Shown in pieces: positions 43,316 through 52,834 of a stretch of DNA of 64,000 nucleotides; position 1 is the first letter of the stretch; each line of letters opens with the position of its first letter. This stretch comes from a virus: the IMG/VR virus record IMGVR_UViG_3300045988_167643. One strand, 5' to 3'. The notes under the pieces were generated by a model. The model was not told where the DNA came from. It did not search any database and saw only the letters and a program-made list of their open reading frames with translations. Both the position numbers and the translations under genes were made by a program.

Positions 43316-43690
43316 ATGAAAATTATTCCAAAACCAGAAATATATGAAAGCGAAGACATTGTACAGTTTGCAACAGATATGGACATGGATATGAATACAT
43401 ATTTTATAGAAAAAGAAAGTGTTATAGAAAAAGATGATGCACATAGAGGTTATAAAAGTGCTTTTATCAATCCTGATTTGTTTACTTTCTTTATTCAAGA
43501 AGAATATTTTGAAAACTACGATGATGATGAGAATGAAGAGGATGAAGAGGATGAGTGGCAGATTTGTTGTGAGTTAAAGCACATGCCTGGAGCTGGTTGT
43601 ATAGTTATCGAAAGATTTAGTATGAATAATACTACAAGAGAAGAAGTAGTTAAGGAAATGGAAAGAATTATTATTGAAGGGAGACTTTAA
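43316..43690 (+). CDS. hypothetical acidic protein (124 aa)
   Basis: GGAGG RBS before the ATG at 43316. Confidence 0.6.
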   Translation: MKIIPKPEIYESEDIVQFATDMDMDMNTYFIEKESVIEKDDAHRGYKSAFINPDLFTFFIQEEYFENYDDDENEEDEEDEWQICCELKHMPGAGCIVIERFSMNNTTREEVVKEMERIIIEGRL

Positions 43691-43746
43691 AATGAATAAG
43701 ACAAACATGTATGAGAGGATAATTTATTTTTATAAGGAGAAATAAT

Positions 43747-44010
43747 ATGACGACAAGAGAAAAGATAAGACAAATAGAGCTGTTAAATAGCAGTACTCCG
43801 AATGGAATGATTATTGATTCAGATACAATTTTGGCTGATTTGTTATTGAATGTAGATAATGAAATCTCAGGTTTTTCGCAAGACATTTTTAACATCTACA
43901 AGAGAAGCAAAGATAAGGATGCGGTAAAACAAATGTTCTTTGAATTTACCGATACGGAATTTGATGATTACTTGGATAAATGTATGAAAGAGATTACGAG
44001 AGGTAACTAA
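43747..44010 (+). CDS. hypothetical protein (87 aa)
   Basis: AAGGAG RBS. Confidence 0.6.
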   Translation: MTTREKIRQIELLNSSTPNGMIIDSDTILADLLLNVDNEISGFSQDIFNIYKRSKDKDAVKQMFFEFTDTEFDDYLDKCMKEITRGN

Positions 44011-44103
44011 TATGAGAAGAACGCCACGGATTATAGTTAAACAGACAGAGGAATGGAGATGGGTGAAAATTAATTTGACTTAAAATTTTGAGGTAAATAA
44101 AGT

Positions 44104-44274
44104 ATGAATTTTAAAATATATAATGAAAACGGAGTTGTAAAAATCACAAAAATATTAGGTCCTGAAAAAGAAGAAATAACTATGTTTTCAAATCTTAAAG
44201 ATGGAGAGGTTGCTACTATTGAAGTTAATACTCATATTTCTAGCAATGGAAAGAAAAACAGTATAGATAAATAA
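44104..44274 (+). CDS. hypothetical protein (56 aa, hand-called)
   Basis: GAGG RBS. Fills the gap. Confidence 0.45.
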   Translation: MNFKIYNENGVVKITKILGPEKEEITMFSNLKDGEVATIEVNTHISSNGKKNSIDK

Positions 44275-44301
44275 AAGAGATATTTGATCGGAGGTGATTT
44301 T

Positions 44302-44520
44302 ATGAAGCAGCGTTTGTGGACCGGCGAAGAGCTTGAACCATGGGGCTATAAAACATCACTCAATAATGGAATTGCAGTTGGAATTTTTGATAGTATGTGT
44401 TGTAAAACAAAAGCATTGGTAAATATTGAAAATTTTGATGCAGGAAAAACTTTTGATAAAAGAATCGTTATTAATAAAGAACTTGCTGAAAAATATGGAT
44501 TCAAAATAGTGATTAGATAG
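44302..44520 (+). CDS. hypothetical protein (72 aa)
   Basis: GGAGGTG RBS before the ATG at 44302. Confidence 0.6.
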   Translation: MKQRLWTGEELEPWGYKTSLNNGIAVGIFDSMCCKTKALVNIENFDAGKTFDKRIVINKELAEKYGFKIVIR

Positions 44521-44531
44521 GGGGCAGAATT

Positions 44532-44756
44532 ATGGCAAAGGAATTCGTTTACACAAAAGTACAGGATCTTGGTAAGATTGGTGATAAAACTGTTGAGATT
44601 GGTCACTACATAGTAGATGGTAAAGTAATGCCTGATAAAGTTTATATGGTAAATCACTTTACAAGAAAGAATGGAAGCGAGGACAGTAAGGCAACTGCAA
44701 TTTGTGCTATTGGTGAAGCAAAGGAAATCGGAAAGCTGCTTATTGAAATAAAATAG
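44532..44756 (+). CDS. hypothetical protein (74 aa)
   Basis: GGGGG RBS. Co-oriented. Confidence 0.55.
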   Translation: MAKEFVYTKVQDLGKIGDKTVEIGHYIVDGKVMPDKVYMVNHFTRKNGSEDSKATAICAIGEAKEIGKLLIEIK

Positions 44757-44784
44757 CAATTTGTTTAGAAGGAAGATTGAAAAT

Positions 44785-45255
44785 ATGAGAATAGAAAAAA
44801 GAAAAAAGACGGTATACGAAGAAATTTATATTGCAGATGATGGAACACAATTTGATACCAAACGTCACTGTTTAGAATATGAGAAAGAAATTGAAATGTG
44901 TAAAAAGGCGAAGGATGCAGAAAAGCTTAGAATACGTGAACTTGATGATGTGATGCCATTAATTAATGTTGAAACATATGAAAATCATGAGTATGTTTGG
45001 TATAAATTGGAAAACGAAAAAGATTTTAATACTTTAAAAGAAACGTTTGAACATTCAAAAGATTTTACTGTTCCAGATGGTTATCCGACACTTTATTGTG
45101 TAGAATCTTTTGGTTATGACAATATATACGAGGACGATAATACATGGACATGTACGCTTGATGAATGTAAAGATGCAGCGGTGGAGTTTTGGGAAAGATT
45201 TGGGTATAAGTTGACATTTGAAAAGGCTGGTGATATTAATGCAGGTACTATTTAG
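44785..45255 (+). CDS. hypothetical protein (156 aa)
   Basis: GAAGGAAG RBS before the ATG at 44785. Confidence 0.6.
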   Translation: MRIEKRKKTVYEEIYIADDGTQFDTKRHCLEYEKEIEMCKKAKDAEKLRIRELDDVMPLINVETYENHEYVWYKLENEKDFNTLKETFEHSKDFTVPDGYPTLYCVESFGYDNIYEDDNTWTCTLDECKDAAVEFWERFGYKLTFEKAGDINAGTI

Positions 45256-45502
45256 AAAAGATAAGTATACAAATGAAGTAATTGCGTTTCTTCCTGAGAT
45301 ACCAGTAAACACCGGCATGATAATGAGTTATATGCACATAGGGCAGCACGATGAGGCTGCTCTTTCTTATTATTGGGATACAGTTAAAGCAAATAAGGAA
45401 GAATATAATGATCTGTATGATGAGCTATGTGAAATATACGAAGAGAAATTACGAATAAAGCAAAGGATCAATTATGATTTGTTGAGAGATTCCTGGAGGT
45501 GA
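45218..45502 (+). CDS. hypothetical protein (94 aa; start uncertain)
   Basis: Co-oriented ORF overlapping the upstream gene. Confidence 0.5.
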   Translation: MKRLVILMQVLFRKDKYTNEVIAFLPEIPVNTGMIMSYMHIGQHDEAALSYYWDTVKANKEEYNDLYDELCEIYEEKLRIKQRINYDLLRDSWR

Positions 45503-45506
45503 AAAT

Positions 45507-45758
45507 ATGACCTTTGATGAAACTGATTTTGCAAAACGCGTTCCAAAGAAAATATTAGATCGTACAAAAGAAAATATGGAAGTGTACAACATGGGTTTAT
45601 ACGACTCATTTAAAGAAGCAGTAAGAGAATTTTCAAAGACAGGGACTAAATTATGGAAAGCGTGGTACTATGATGATTTTAGAGAATACATACCATGCGT
45701 TTATAATTCGGAATATTTGAATTTTAAGAAATACCCACTGAAATATAAGGGGAAGTAG
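45507..45758 (+). CDS. hypothetical protein (83 aa)
   Basis: GGAGGTG RBS. Confidence 0.6.
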   Translation: MTFDETDFAKRVPKKILDRTKENMEVYNMGLYDSFKEAVREFSKTGTKLWKAWYYDDFREYIPCVYNSEYLNFKKYPLKYKGK

Positions 45759-45800
45759 AATAATAGTTTTATTTCTAGTTGTAAGGAGGCAGAAAATCTT

Positions 45801-45983
45801 ATGGATAAGACACAAGAAAAAATATTTGATTTATTGGAAAATTATTTTGAGTACTGTAAGACAAATGGTTTTACAGATTTTGAAATATGGTGTGAGGATA
45901 ATATTAACAATATCAATGAAAATAAATTAGTGGAAAGTATTTACATGGAAGTAAATTATATAGCCGATAAACTGTTTATATAA
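45801..45983 (+). CDS. hypothetical protein (60 aa)
   Basis: AAGGAGG RBS. Confidence 0.55.
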   Translation: MDKTQEKIFDLLENYFEYCKTNGFTDFEIWCEDNINNINENKLVESIYMEVNYIADKLFI

Positions 45984-46018
45984 AACAAGAATTTTATAAG
46001 AGAAAGTGAGGTGGGACT

Positions 46019-46351
46019 GTGACAAAAGAATTTGCAAGAGAAATAGCAGATAAATTTATAAAGGAGCATAATCCGGATTTGTGGGACGGATTAGGCAACA
46101 TACCTTTAAATTTTTCAAGCAAAATAGATGTATATAATATATTTGATAAAGAAGTATATATGACAATTCAGTTTGAAATTGATGCAGACGAGGGCGGACG
46201 TTGGGCACATATTGTAAAATTATACAGTAATAAAGATGGATGCAATGATGAATTAATTGATGGTTATTTTGGAAACGGAATTAATTTAGCGGATTCTTTA
46301 GCAGAAACAATTGTGGACCTATGTGATGATTATAAAGAGCTTTACGAATAA
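46019..46351 (+). CDS. hypothetical protein (110 aa, GTG start)
   Basis: GAGGTGG RBS. Confidence 0.6.
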   Translation: MTKEFAREIADKFIKEHNPDLWDGLGNIPLNFSSKIDVYNIFDKEVYMTIQFEIDADEGGRWAHIVKLYSNKDGCNDELIDGYFGNGINLADSLAETIVDLCDDYKELYE

Positions 46352-46362
46352 AGGAGTTTGTT

Positions 46363-46515
46363 ATGTTTGAAAGTTATGAAGAATATCTAAACAGGACAAA
46401 TCAAGAAGATAATCGGACCGCTTGGAAATGGTGGAAAATCGAAGTATGTGGAATGAGTGAAAAAGAGGCAATAAAGGCAAGTATAACCGAATATAAATCA
46501 ATAAATTTTAAATAG
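46363..46515 (+). CDS. hypothetical protein (50 aa, hand-called)
   Basis: AAAGGAG RBS. Fills the gap. Confidence 0.45.
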   Translation: MFESYEEYLNRTNQEDNRTAWKWWKIEVCGMSEKEAIKASITEYKSINFK

Positions 46516-46530
46516 AATGAGGTAAAAAAT

Positions 46531-46812
46531 ATGGCATTAATTAAATCTAGTGTTTTATTTCATGTAAAAGGAGCAAAGACTGTATCCAAGCAAAAAGTTA
46601 GCTTACGTCCGGTTGAGCATCACTATGAGACTGAAGGTGAAGTAGAATATATCAAATATAGCTGTCAATTATGTGAGAGTATTGCAAAATCATACCCTAA
46701 TAAGCTTATGGACGAAGACAAGCAGTTTATTCAGTTTTCATTGCCAAAAGGAATTGATCGATGTCCTTGTTGTGGTGTATATATTAACTGGAATTATAAG
46801 GAGATAAGGTAA
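46531..46812 (+). CDS. zinc-ribbon protein (93 aa)
   Basis: GAGG RBS. Contains CQLC...CPCCG. Confidence 0.6.
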   Translation: MALIKSSVLFHVKGAKTVSKQKVSLRPVEHHYETEGEVEYIKYSCQLCESIAKSYPNKLMDEDKQFIQFSLPKGIDRCPCCGVYINWNYKEIR

Positions 46813-46813
46813 A

Positions 46814-47020
46814 ATGAATAATGTGAATGTAAGAATAAAATATAGAACAGGTAAGTATACACCAATTAATGAAAATGTAGAAGAAGTTGTTTCGTGTTCT
46901 GAGTCACAAGCAATTCATGATTTAGTTTCAAAATTTCTATATTTCAATCCAAACTACAAAATTGAAATTATAGAGTCTGAAATTATAAAAAATAAAACAA
47001 GATTTTCAACGGAGGTATAA
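46814..47020 (+). CDS. hypothetical protein (68 aa)
   Basis: AAGGAG RBS. Confidence 0.55.
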   Translation: MNNVNVRIKYRTGKYTPINENVEEVVSCSESQAIHDLVSKFLYFNPNYKIEIIESEIIKNKTRFSTEV

Positions 47021-47022
47021 AA

Positions 47023-47262
47023 ATGTCAAAATTAAATTGGAATATAGTTCATGAATGTGATGATGAAGATGGAAATCCAACTCAGTGGTATTCAGAAATT
47101 AATCATCCAAAATACGGAAAATATTGTTGGATTAATGATATGGGTGATTATTTTGGAGTAGAAGTTGATTATGGAGGCTTTACAGAATTTACAGAACTAG
47201 TTGAATGTAAGTCGCTTATAAGTGCAAAAAGATGGGTGGCTACACAGTTAAAGAAACGATGA
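47023..47262 (+). CDS. hypothetical protein (79 aa), paralog of 58925..59149
   Basis: GGAGG RBS. Shares the motifs LxWNIVHECDDxxGNPTQW...EINHPxYG...ECKSLxSAKRWVAT with the paralog. Confidence 0.65.
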   Translation: MSKLNWNIVHECDDEDGNPTQWYSEINHPKYGKYCWINDMGDYFGVEVDYGGFTEFTELVECKSLISAKRWVATQLKKR

Positions 47263-47279
47263 TTTGAAAGGAGGATAAT

Positions 47280-47516
47280 ATGGTTAAGGACGCAACATTT
47301 ATTTCAGTTTGGGATGGTGGTTTCGAATTACTTAGCAGCTGTAAGGTAAACACAGAAACAAGAGAAGTATTTAATATTGAACAATTTGAAGATGCAGTTG
47401 ACGATGATGGAGATGAGTTAGAAAACCTCATTAGAGAATATATAATTGTGAATGGTACAGAATACTGTGTTGAAAGTGCTGATTCTAAAACAGATAAAGA
47501 TTATTGGTATAAATAA
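47280..47516 (+). CDS. hypothetical protein (78 aa)
   Basis: AAGGAGG RBS. Confidence 0.6.
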   Translation: MVKDATFISVWDGGFELLSSCKVNTETREVFNIEQFEDAVDDDGDELENLIREYIIVNGTEYCVESADSKTDKDYWYK

Positions 47517-47628
47517 ATTATAATATAAAGTGAATGATTGGAGTAGAATAATATACAGAGAATACAAATTTGAAAGAGCTGCTTGAAGATTATGAATTAT
47601 GGCAAATTAAGTAGTCTGGAGGTGTGGT

Positions 47629-48057
47629 ATGAAATATTATGAAACAACAGAAAAAATATATGAATTTTGCAAATCTTACATAGATGAACATGGTTATGCT
47701 CCAACAATAAGAGAAATCGGAAGTGGGGTTGGGCTTAAAAGTACATCAACAGTGTATACACATATGCAACGGTTGTTTAAAAATGGTAGGTTTGAAACAG
47801 AACATCCTGGAGAAGCAAGGGCATTTAGGGTTATATCACAAAACAGTAAATCAACAAATAAATCAATTGATAAAGATGGATTACTAGATTATATAAAGGA
47901 AGAATTTCCAGGAGTAATTGATACACATTGGAACTGGGATGTATTAGAAAATATTATTGATTATGCAAAATCCAAATATAATGGAGAAGAGTTAATAAAA
48001 TTTTTAATAAATATAATCCCAGAAGTTACATATGAAGAATATCTGATGTTTATGTAG
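47629..48057 (+). CDS. LexA-type winged-helix DNA-binding protein (no peptidase domain)
   Basis: 142 aa. IYEFCKSYIDEHGYAPTIREIGSGVGLKSTSTVYTHMQRLFKNGRFE matches the LexA N-terminal domain. Confidence 0.65.
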   Translation: MKYYETTEKIYEFCKSYIDEHGYAPTIREIGSGVGLKSTSTVYTHMQRLFKNGRFETEHPGEARAFRVISQNSKSTNKSIDKDGLLDYIKEEFPGVIDTHWNWDVLENIIDYAKSKYNGEELIKFLINIIPEVTYEEYLMFM

Positions 48058-48090
48058 AAATAAAAGTCGTATTTGATTGGAGGAAAAGTT

Positions 48091-48651
48091 ATGACGAAAG
48101 ATGAATTGCGGAAAGAATTAAAAACTGGTGTGAAATTAGAGGATATATTTGAATTCACAGATGGTCAGGATTGTCTAATCTACAAAGGGAAATTTCTTCC
48201 TGGTATTATTGGAGATGATATTTGTTATATTTCTGATCTTTCTTTAGTTGATATCCCAGTTAATAAGAGTATTGTCAAAAGTTATGAAATTGATAGCGTT
48301 ATGGGTCGGTGTTATACAACAAACGACTTTATAAAAGAATGCAATGGGCATGAAAATATTGCAGAAGATTTATTTAATTATGTTGATTGGCAAACTCCTG
48401 ATATTGATGATTTTATGGAAGGGTACGATGATAAGGAGCAGTTTTTTAAAGAATATAGATTTCCTATGGACGATTTGTTTGTAACAAAAGAAATGAAAGA
48501 TTTATTATCCAGAGTTGCAGATTTAGCAGCACAGGCTTCAGATGAGGTCTATGACGATGACGATGATAATGGAACCTATGGAATTCTTTCTCTTTGCGAC
48601 CAGCTATATGAGAAAATTAATAGATACTTGGAGCGTGATAGCGATGACTAA
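48091..48651 (+). CDS. hypothetical acidic protein (186 aa)
   Basis: GGAGG RBS before the ATG at 48091. Confidence 0.6.
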   Translation: MTKDELRKELKTGVKLEDIFEFTDGQDCLIYKGKFLPGIIGDDICYISDLSLVDIPVNKSIVKSYEIDSVMGRCYTTNDFIKECNGHENIAEDLFNYVDWQTPDIDDFMEGYDDKEQFFKEYRFPMDDLFVTKEMKDLLSRVADLAAQASDEVYDDDDDNGTYGILSLCDQLYEKINRYLERDSDD

Positions 48652-48820
48652 ATATCAGCAAGCGAAAAATAAAATACGTGATCTGGCTGCAGACTGGCAG
48701 TCGGATTTTGGAAACAACAATTACTCATGGTTGGAATTACTCCAATGGCAGAAGTTTTTTAGTACAAAGGCAAAACGATATGGATTGGTAAATGAATTTC
48801 GTGAGAATGGAATTATTTGA
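48644..48820 (+). CDS. hypothetical protein (58 aa)
   Basis: The ATG overlaps the upstream stop. The track start at 48542 lies inside the previous gene. Confidence 0.5.
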   Translation: MTKYQQAKNKIRDLAADWQSDFGNNNYSWLELLQWQKFFSTKAKRYGLVNEFRENGII

Positions 48821-48835
48821 AAGGAGAAGATATAA

Positions 48836-49162
48836 ATGAAAGAGACAATTGAATATTTAAAAAAGGACCGGAAAGTAAATGACACTTTTATGAAAAAGCT
48901 TCAGAAAGTAGGATTTGAAATTGATTATACACGATATGGTTATTGGAATAATGTAGAATGCGTTCGGATTGGAAGAAGCTGCATACCCTTGTATGAAACA
49001 CACTTTTCTGATAATGGAAATTCAGAGTCACTTGATTACAGGTATCAAAATGATGTAATTAAAGATATCTACAACGCACTTGAAAAAGAAAAGAAAAAAG
49101 CAGAAGAATCAGATAAGATGGTTGACGATTTCTTTGCAAAACTTGGATTAAAGGAGGATTAG
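48836..49162 (+). CDS. hypothetical protein (108 aa)
   Basis: AAGGAG RBS. Confidence 0.6.
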   Translation: MKETIEYLKKDRKVNDTFMKKLQKVGFEIDYTRYGYWNNVECVRIGRSCIPLYETHFSDNGNSESLDYRYQNDVIKDIYNALEKEKKKAEESDKMVDDFFAKLGLKED

Positions 49163-49164
49163 CG

Positions 49165-49446
49165 ATGGAAATTGCAAGAATGTGGACACTGAGTACAGCG
49201 CATATTTCAAGAGAAACAGACAAATGGTTAATAGGGCAAGTAAAAGAACCGACTGAGGGATTATGCGTGTATAAAAAAACTGGTGGATATTTTGTTTATG
49301 TGCCAGATGATTTTGATTATGAAGAAATGAATCTTCCGGAAGATATTGAAACAATAATTGCTTTTGCAATTGGATGTGGAGTAGATTGGATCTGTCTTGA
49401 TTCCGATGGTCCGATTGAGAATGGATTTAAAACATATGAATGGTGA
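49165..49446 (+). CDS. hypothetical protein (93 aa)
   Basis: AAGGAGG RBS. Confidence 0.6.
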   Translation: MEIARMWTLSTAHISRETDKWLIGQVKEPTEGLCVYKKTGGYFVYVPDDFDYEEMNLPEDIETIIAFAIGCGVDWICLDSDGPIENGFKTYEW

Positions 49447-49455
49447 GGATAAATT

Positions 49456-49671
49456 ATGACTGAAATAGAAAAACAGAAATGCAACAAACTTATGTGGGAA
49501 GGAATCAGGAACGGAAAGGAAGCCCAAGAAGTTTTCAGGCGAACCAATATATCTGCTACACAGATGAGGTTTGCCGATCAGAAACAAGGCTATGCCCAAG
49601 GAATTAACCAGGCACTTGCTTACATTGGTTATAGCCATCCAGATATGAAAATGTTATGGGATGTAATTTGA
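49456..49671 (+). CDS. hypothetical protein (71 aa)
   Basis: GAGG RBS. Confidence 0.55.
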   Translation: MTEIEKQKCNKLMWEGIRNGKEAQEVFRRTNISATQMRFADQKQGYAQGINQALAYIGYSHPDMKMLWDVI

Positions 49672-49684
49672 AAAAGGTGATTAA

Positions 49685-50059
49685 ATGAGAGAAGAATGGG
49701 TTTGTACAGATTCAGATAGCAGTCAATATTCTAAGATAAATTCAGATGGAACATATAGTTTCATAGAAAAGGTATGGTTAGATATTTGTAAGGGAGATCC
49801 TGGATATCCGGATAAAAAATATACAGTAAAAACTGCTTTGGTCGATCTCGATGATTATACAGAGCATGAAAAGGAATGTAATATTTCTGGATATTACGAT
49901 TCTATTGAATCATTAAGAGAAATTTATGATGATTATTCTGATCAGATTATTGCGGAATGTATTTTTGAAGAAATGACAGATGGCAGCGCTTCAACTACTG
50001 AAATGATGACAGAAAAAGAAGCAGATGATTATATTCAGAAATATATTTCAGAAAGATAA
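49685..50059 (+). CDS. hypothetical acidic protein (124 aa)
   Basis: AAGGTG RBS. Confidence 0.6.
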   Translation: MREEWVCTDSDSSQYSKINSDGTYSFIEKVWLDICKGDPGYPDKKYTVKTALVDLDDYTEHEKECNISGYYDSIESLREIYDDYSDQIIAECIFEEMTDGSASTTEMMTEKEADDYIQKYISER

Positions 50060-50086
50060 AATCGAGTTTTTACGGAGGTAAGGTAA

Positions 50087-50227
50087 ATGGATAATACAAG
50101 TAGGGTGGCAGCGTGGATAGCAACTGCTATAGGTGTGGTTGCAGCAATATATTTTAGTCACGATCCAGAATGTTTATTTGGTTTTCTGATTCCATTTGGA
50201 TTAGAGGTTTGGTATATTGTCAGTTAA
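50087..50227 (+). CDS. small membrane protein (46 aa, hand-called)
   Basis: GGAGG RBS. Two hydrophobic segments (AAWIATAIGVVAAIYF and LFGFLIPFGL). Confidence 0.45.
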   Translation: MDNTSRVAAWIATAIGVVAAIYFSHDPECLFGFLIPFGLEVWYIVS

Positions 50228-50243
50228 AAATAGAGGTGGAAAA

Positions 50244-50426
50244 ATGGGAACGACAGTTGGAGATTTACTTTCATTACAAGATGATTCTTTTGGAAGAGTA
50301 AGAATATACAACGGAATGGAAATATTTTCAGGATCTGTTGAAAAAGCTATAGAATTATATTCTAACTACAATGTGATGAGCTTTGGAACAAATTGGTATG
50401 AAGATTTGTGTATATATTTAAAATAG
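50244..50426 (+). CDS. hypothetical protein (60 aa), distant paralog of 51267..51464
   Basis: GAGGTGG RBS before the ATG at 50244. Confidence 0.55.
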   Translation: MGTTVGDLLSLQDDSFGRVRIYNGMEIFSGSVEKAIELYSNYNVMSFGTNWYEDLCIYLK

Positions 50427-50463
50427 ATTAATACGAAATCAACTTTTTATCGGAGGTGCTAAA

Positions 50464-50784
50464 ATGTTTAGTTTTGATTGGACTGATTTTACAGAAAAAG
50501 ATTTAATAGAATTGAATAAAAGTAAAAATCCAATGGTTTATGGATATATATACATAGAAAAAAATAACAAAAAGTATATTGCAGATATTCAATGGAGTAC
50601 AGTTTCAGCATTTGGGTTTCATGGATTTTCAATTAATATATATGAATCCAACGAGTTTTATAGTCACTGTAAATGGATTAATGATATACAACTAATTAAA
50701 TCTGCCAAAAATTATAAAAGATTTAAAACCAGAGTGGAAAGTGAAATTAAAAAAATGTTGGAGGGATCAAATGAAGATAGGTGA
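50464..50784 (+). CDS. hypothetical protein (106 aa)
   Basis: GGAGGTG RBS. Confidence 0.6.
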   Translation: MFSFDWTDFTEKDLIELNKSKNPMVYGYIYIEKNNKKYIADIQWSTVSAFGFHGFSINIYESNEFYSHCKWINDIQLIKSAKNYKRFKTRVESEIKKMLEGSNEDR

Positions 50785-50950
50785 CAAGGTTTGTGTAACA
50801 ATGCTACCAAGTAAAGATATTAATGGAAAGGATTATGATGAAAAAGGAGCAGGTGGTGTTGTATTGAAAATAAAAGAAAATAGTACAATCATTAAATTAT
50901 TTGATGGTGCCGTTATAGAGGCAGAAGGAACTGATTTTGATGAATATTAA
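50771..50950 (+). CDS. hypothetical protein (59 aa)
   Basis: GGAGGG upstream of the ATG at 50771. Overlaps the upstream gene. Confidence 0.5.
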   Translation: MKIGDKVCVTMLPSKDINGKDYDEKGAGGVVLKIKENSTIIKLFDGAVIEAEGTDFDEY

Positions 50951-50968
50951 ACACAGAGGTAAGCGAAA

Positions 50969-51241
50969 ATGAATTATAAATACGAAATTAAAATAAAAAG
51001 TGGAACGAGCCAATATTATGACTATGATAATTGTGATTTGTTGCTAAAAAAATGCGAAACACCATTTCTTCCGAGAGTAGGTGAAACCATTCAAATTAAT
51101 TTTAATGAGATAAATCAAAAAACAGGAAAGAAATGTATGCAATATTATAAATTCTTAGTTCGTGATATTCAGTATTGGATTAATGAAGATAAAAATGGAA
51201 TTTATGTTTATGTAATTCCAATTGATGGATATAAATGTTAA
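50969..51241 (+). CDS. hypothetical protein (90 aa)
   Basis: GAGG RBS. Confidence 0.6.
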   Translation: MNYKYEIKIKSGTSQYYDYDNCDLLLKKCETPFLPRVGETIQINFNEINQKTGKKCMQYYKFLVRDIQYWINEDKNGIYVYVIPIDGYKC

Positions 51242-51266
51242 TGGTGAAGATTGGAGGTAAGCGAAA

Positions 51267-51464
51267 ATGGCAGAAATTACGGTATTTGATTTATGTAGTT
51301 TATATATAGAACATGATGAAGAAGTGGTTATATGGAATGTTCAGGAAGAGAAAGAAGTATTTAGAGGGGCATTTACAGAAGCTATGTATAGTAGCGAGTT
51401 TGCAGATTATGTTGTAGGTAGTTTTGGAATTGAAAATGGAATTATATGCATCAATATTGACTGA
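51267..51464 (+). CDS. hypothetical protein (65 aa)
   Basis: GGAGG RBS. Confidence 0.55.
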   Translation: MAEITVFDLCSLYIEHDEEVVIWNVQEEKEVFRGAFTEAMYSSEFADYVVGSFGIENGIICINID

Positions 51465-51494
51465 TAAAATACATGTTCTACGGAGGAATTGATA

Positions 51495-51758
51495 ATGAAA
51501 GAAATTAAGGTTTATTTATTCACAGAAGATGAAGCAACTGAAATTTTACAAAATATATTAGATAATAAAACTTTGGTATTAACACAATATTTAGATTGTT
51601 TTGTAGCAGAGACATCAGAGCAGGAACTTGATGCCTCTCAAATTGATGAGAGAATGGCACAATATTTAGAAATTGATTCTTGTGAACATCATGCGTTTAT
51701 TAGTTATAATGGGAAAACTTATATGTGTGTTATTCCTACAAACGAAATTGGAGATTAA
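51495..51758 (+). CDS. hypothetical acidic protein (87 aa)
   Basis: GGAGG RBS before the ATG at 51495. Confidence 0.55.
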   Translation: MKEIKVYLFTEDEATEILQNILDNKTLVLTQYLDCFVAETSEQELDASQIDERMAQYLEIDSCEHHAFISYNGKTYMCVIPTNEIGD

Positions 51759-51760
51759 AA

Positions 51761-52315
51761 ATGACTAGAAGAGAATGGACTGCTGAAGAAGAGAAATACA
51801 TGAATAAGTATTATTTACGCCAGCCTACCAAGCGAACTGCGAAAGTTCTTAATCGAAGTATTGAGTCTGTTCGTAAAAAAGCTGTACAAATGGGAATTAA
51901 TACATATTATGATGGTTATTTAAGTGCTCATGTACTTGCAGAATGTTTTAGCACTAACACTCAAGTGATAAAACGATGGATAGAAAAATTCAATCTCCCA
52001 GCTATTAAGATAAATGATTCAAAACATAGAACTAGATATCAGATAGATCCAGAGAATTTTTGGAAATGGGCAGATGGTCACCGAGACGTAATTAATTGGT
52101 CTGGCTATGATTTATGCTCAATACTTCCGGAGCCACAATGGGTAGAATTTGAACAATCAAGATATAAAACAAAACGGCATTGTAGAAAATTTACTGCAAA
52201 TGAAATAGTGCAAATTAAACACATGCTGCGTAGATGTATGACATATAAAGAGATAGCTGAAAAGCTTGGACGGACTGAGAGGAGTATTGAAGCAAAAGTA
52301 AGAAAAATTGCATGA
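51761..52315 (+). CDS. DNA-binding protein with two Myb/SANT- or sigma-region-4-like HTH repeats
   Basis: 184 aa from the ATG at 51761. The two repeats are WTAEEEKYMNKYY...TAKVLNRSIESVRKKAVQMGI and FTANEIVQIKHML...YKEIAEKLGRTERSIEAKVRKI. Confidence 0.5.
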   Translation: MTRREWTAEEEKYMNKYYLRQPTKRTAKVLNRSIESVRKKAVQMGINTYYDGYLSAHVLAECFSTNTQVIKRWIEKFNLPAIKINDSKHRTRYQIDPENFWKWADGHRDVINWSGYDLCSILPEPQWVEFEQSRYKTKRHCRKFTANEIVQIKHMLRRCMTYKEIAEKLGRTERSIEAKVRKIA

Positions 52316-52327
52316 GGTGATGAATGC

Positions 52328-52606
52328 ATGATAACTATTAAAGTACATCGTAAAAGCTTTTTAAATGAGATATTTTTAAACTTATGTGAAAATTTCTGTG
52401 ATAGTGGTTATTATGATTTTGATAATAAAAAGGCATACGCAGAAACTGATAGTGAAATTGCTGCAGATGCACTTGAAGAAGTTTTATATGATCTTGGATA
52501 TATAAAACTTGAAGATACATCTGTGGAAGAAAGCGAAATAAGACATTACTCACGTAAGGACGTTATTGAAAATGGAGCTTGGAAAGCAGTATTTAAAGAG
52601 CTTTGA
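52328..52606 (+). CDS. hypothetical protein (92 aa)
   Basis: GAGGTG RBS. Confidence 0.55.
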   Translation: MITIKVHRKSFLNEIFLNLCENFCDSGYYDFDNKKAYAETDSEIAADALEEVLYDLGYIKLEDTSVEESEIRHYSRKDVIENGAWKAVFKEL

Positions 52607-52833
52607 TGGAGGTAAGTAAAATGGACCGGCTTGATAAGGTAATTGGTTATTTAAAAAGTAACACAACATCAGAGAGATCTGACGGAGATCAGCTTATTCA
52701 ATTAGCATGTAATTGTATTAAATATGCAGATTTTTATACAGGACGTAGTTCTAAAAATTGGACAGCAAGGGAACTGTTTGATGGAGTATTAACAGAGGAC
52801 CAGATAAAAGAAGTTTTTGATTCGGAGGTATAA
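52603..52833 (+). CDS. hypothetical protein (76 aa; alternative start at 52621)
   Basis: Start/stop overlap with the upstream gene. GGAGG upstream of 52621. Confidence 0.55.
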   Translation: MMEVSKMDRLDKVIGYLKSNTTSERSDGDQLIQLACNCIKYADFYTGRSSKNWTARELFDGVLTEDQIKEVFDSEV

Positions 52834-52834
52834 A

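Noticed and set aside
43100-44759. Minus-strand ORFs 43100..43498, 43177..43386, 43671..43895 and 44346..44759
   Set aside because: They are antisense to a continuous series of RBS-preceded plus-strand genes. Their Ile/Phe/Leu/Asn-rich composition is typical of AT-rich shadow ORFs.
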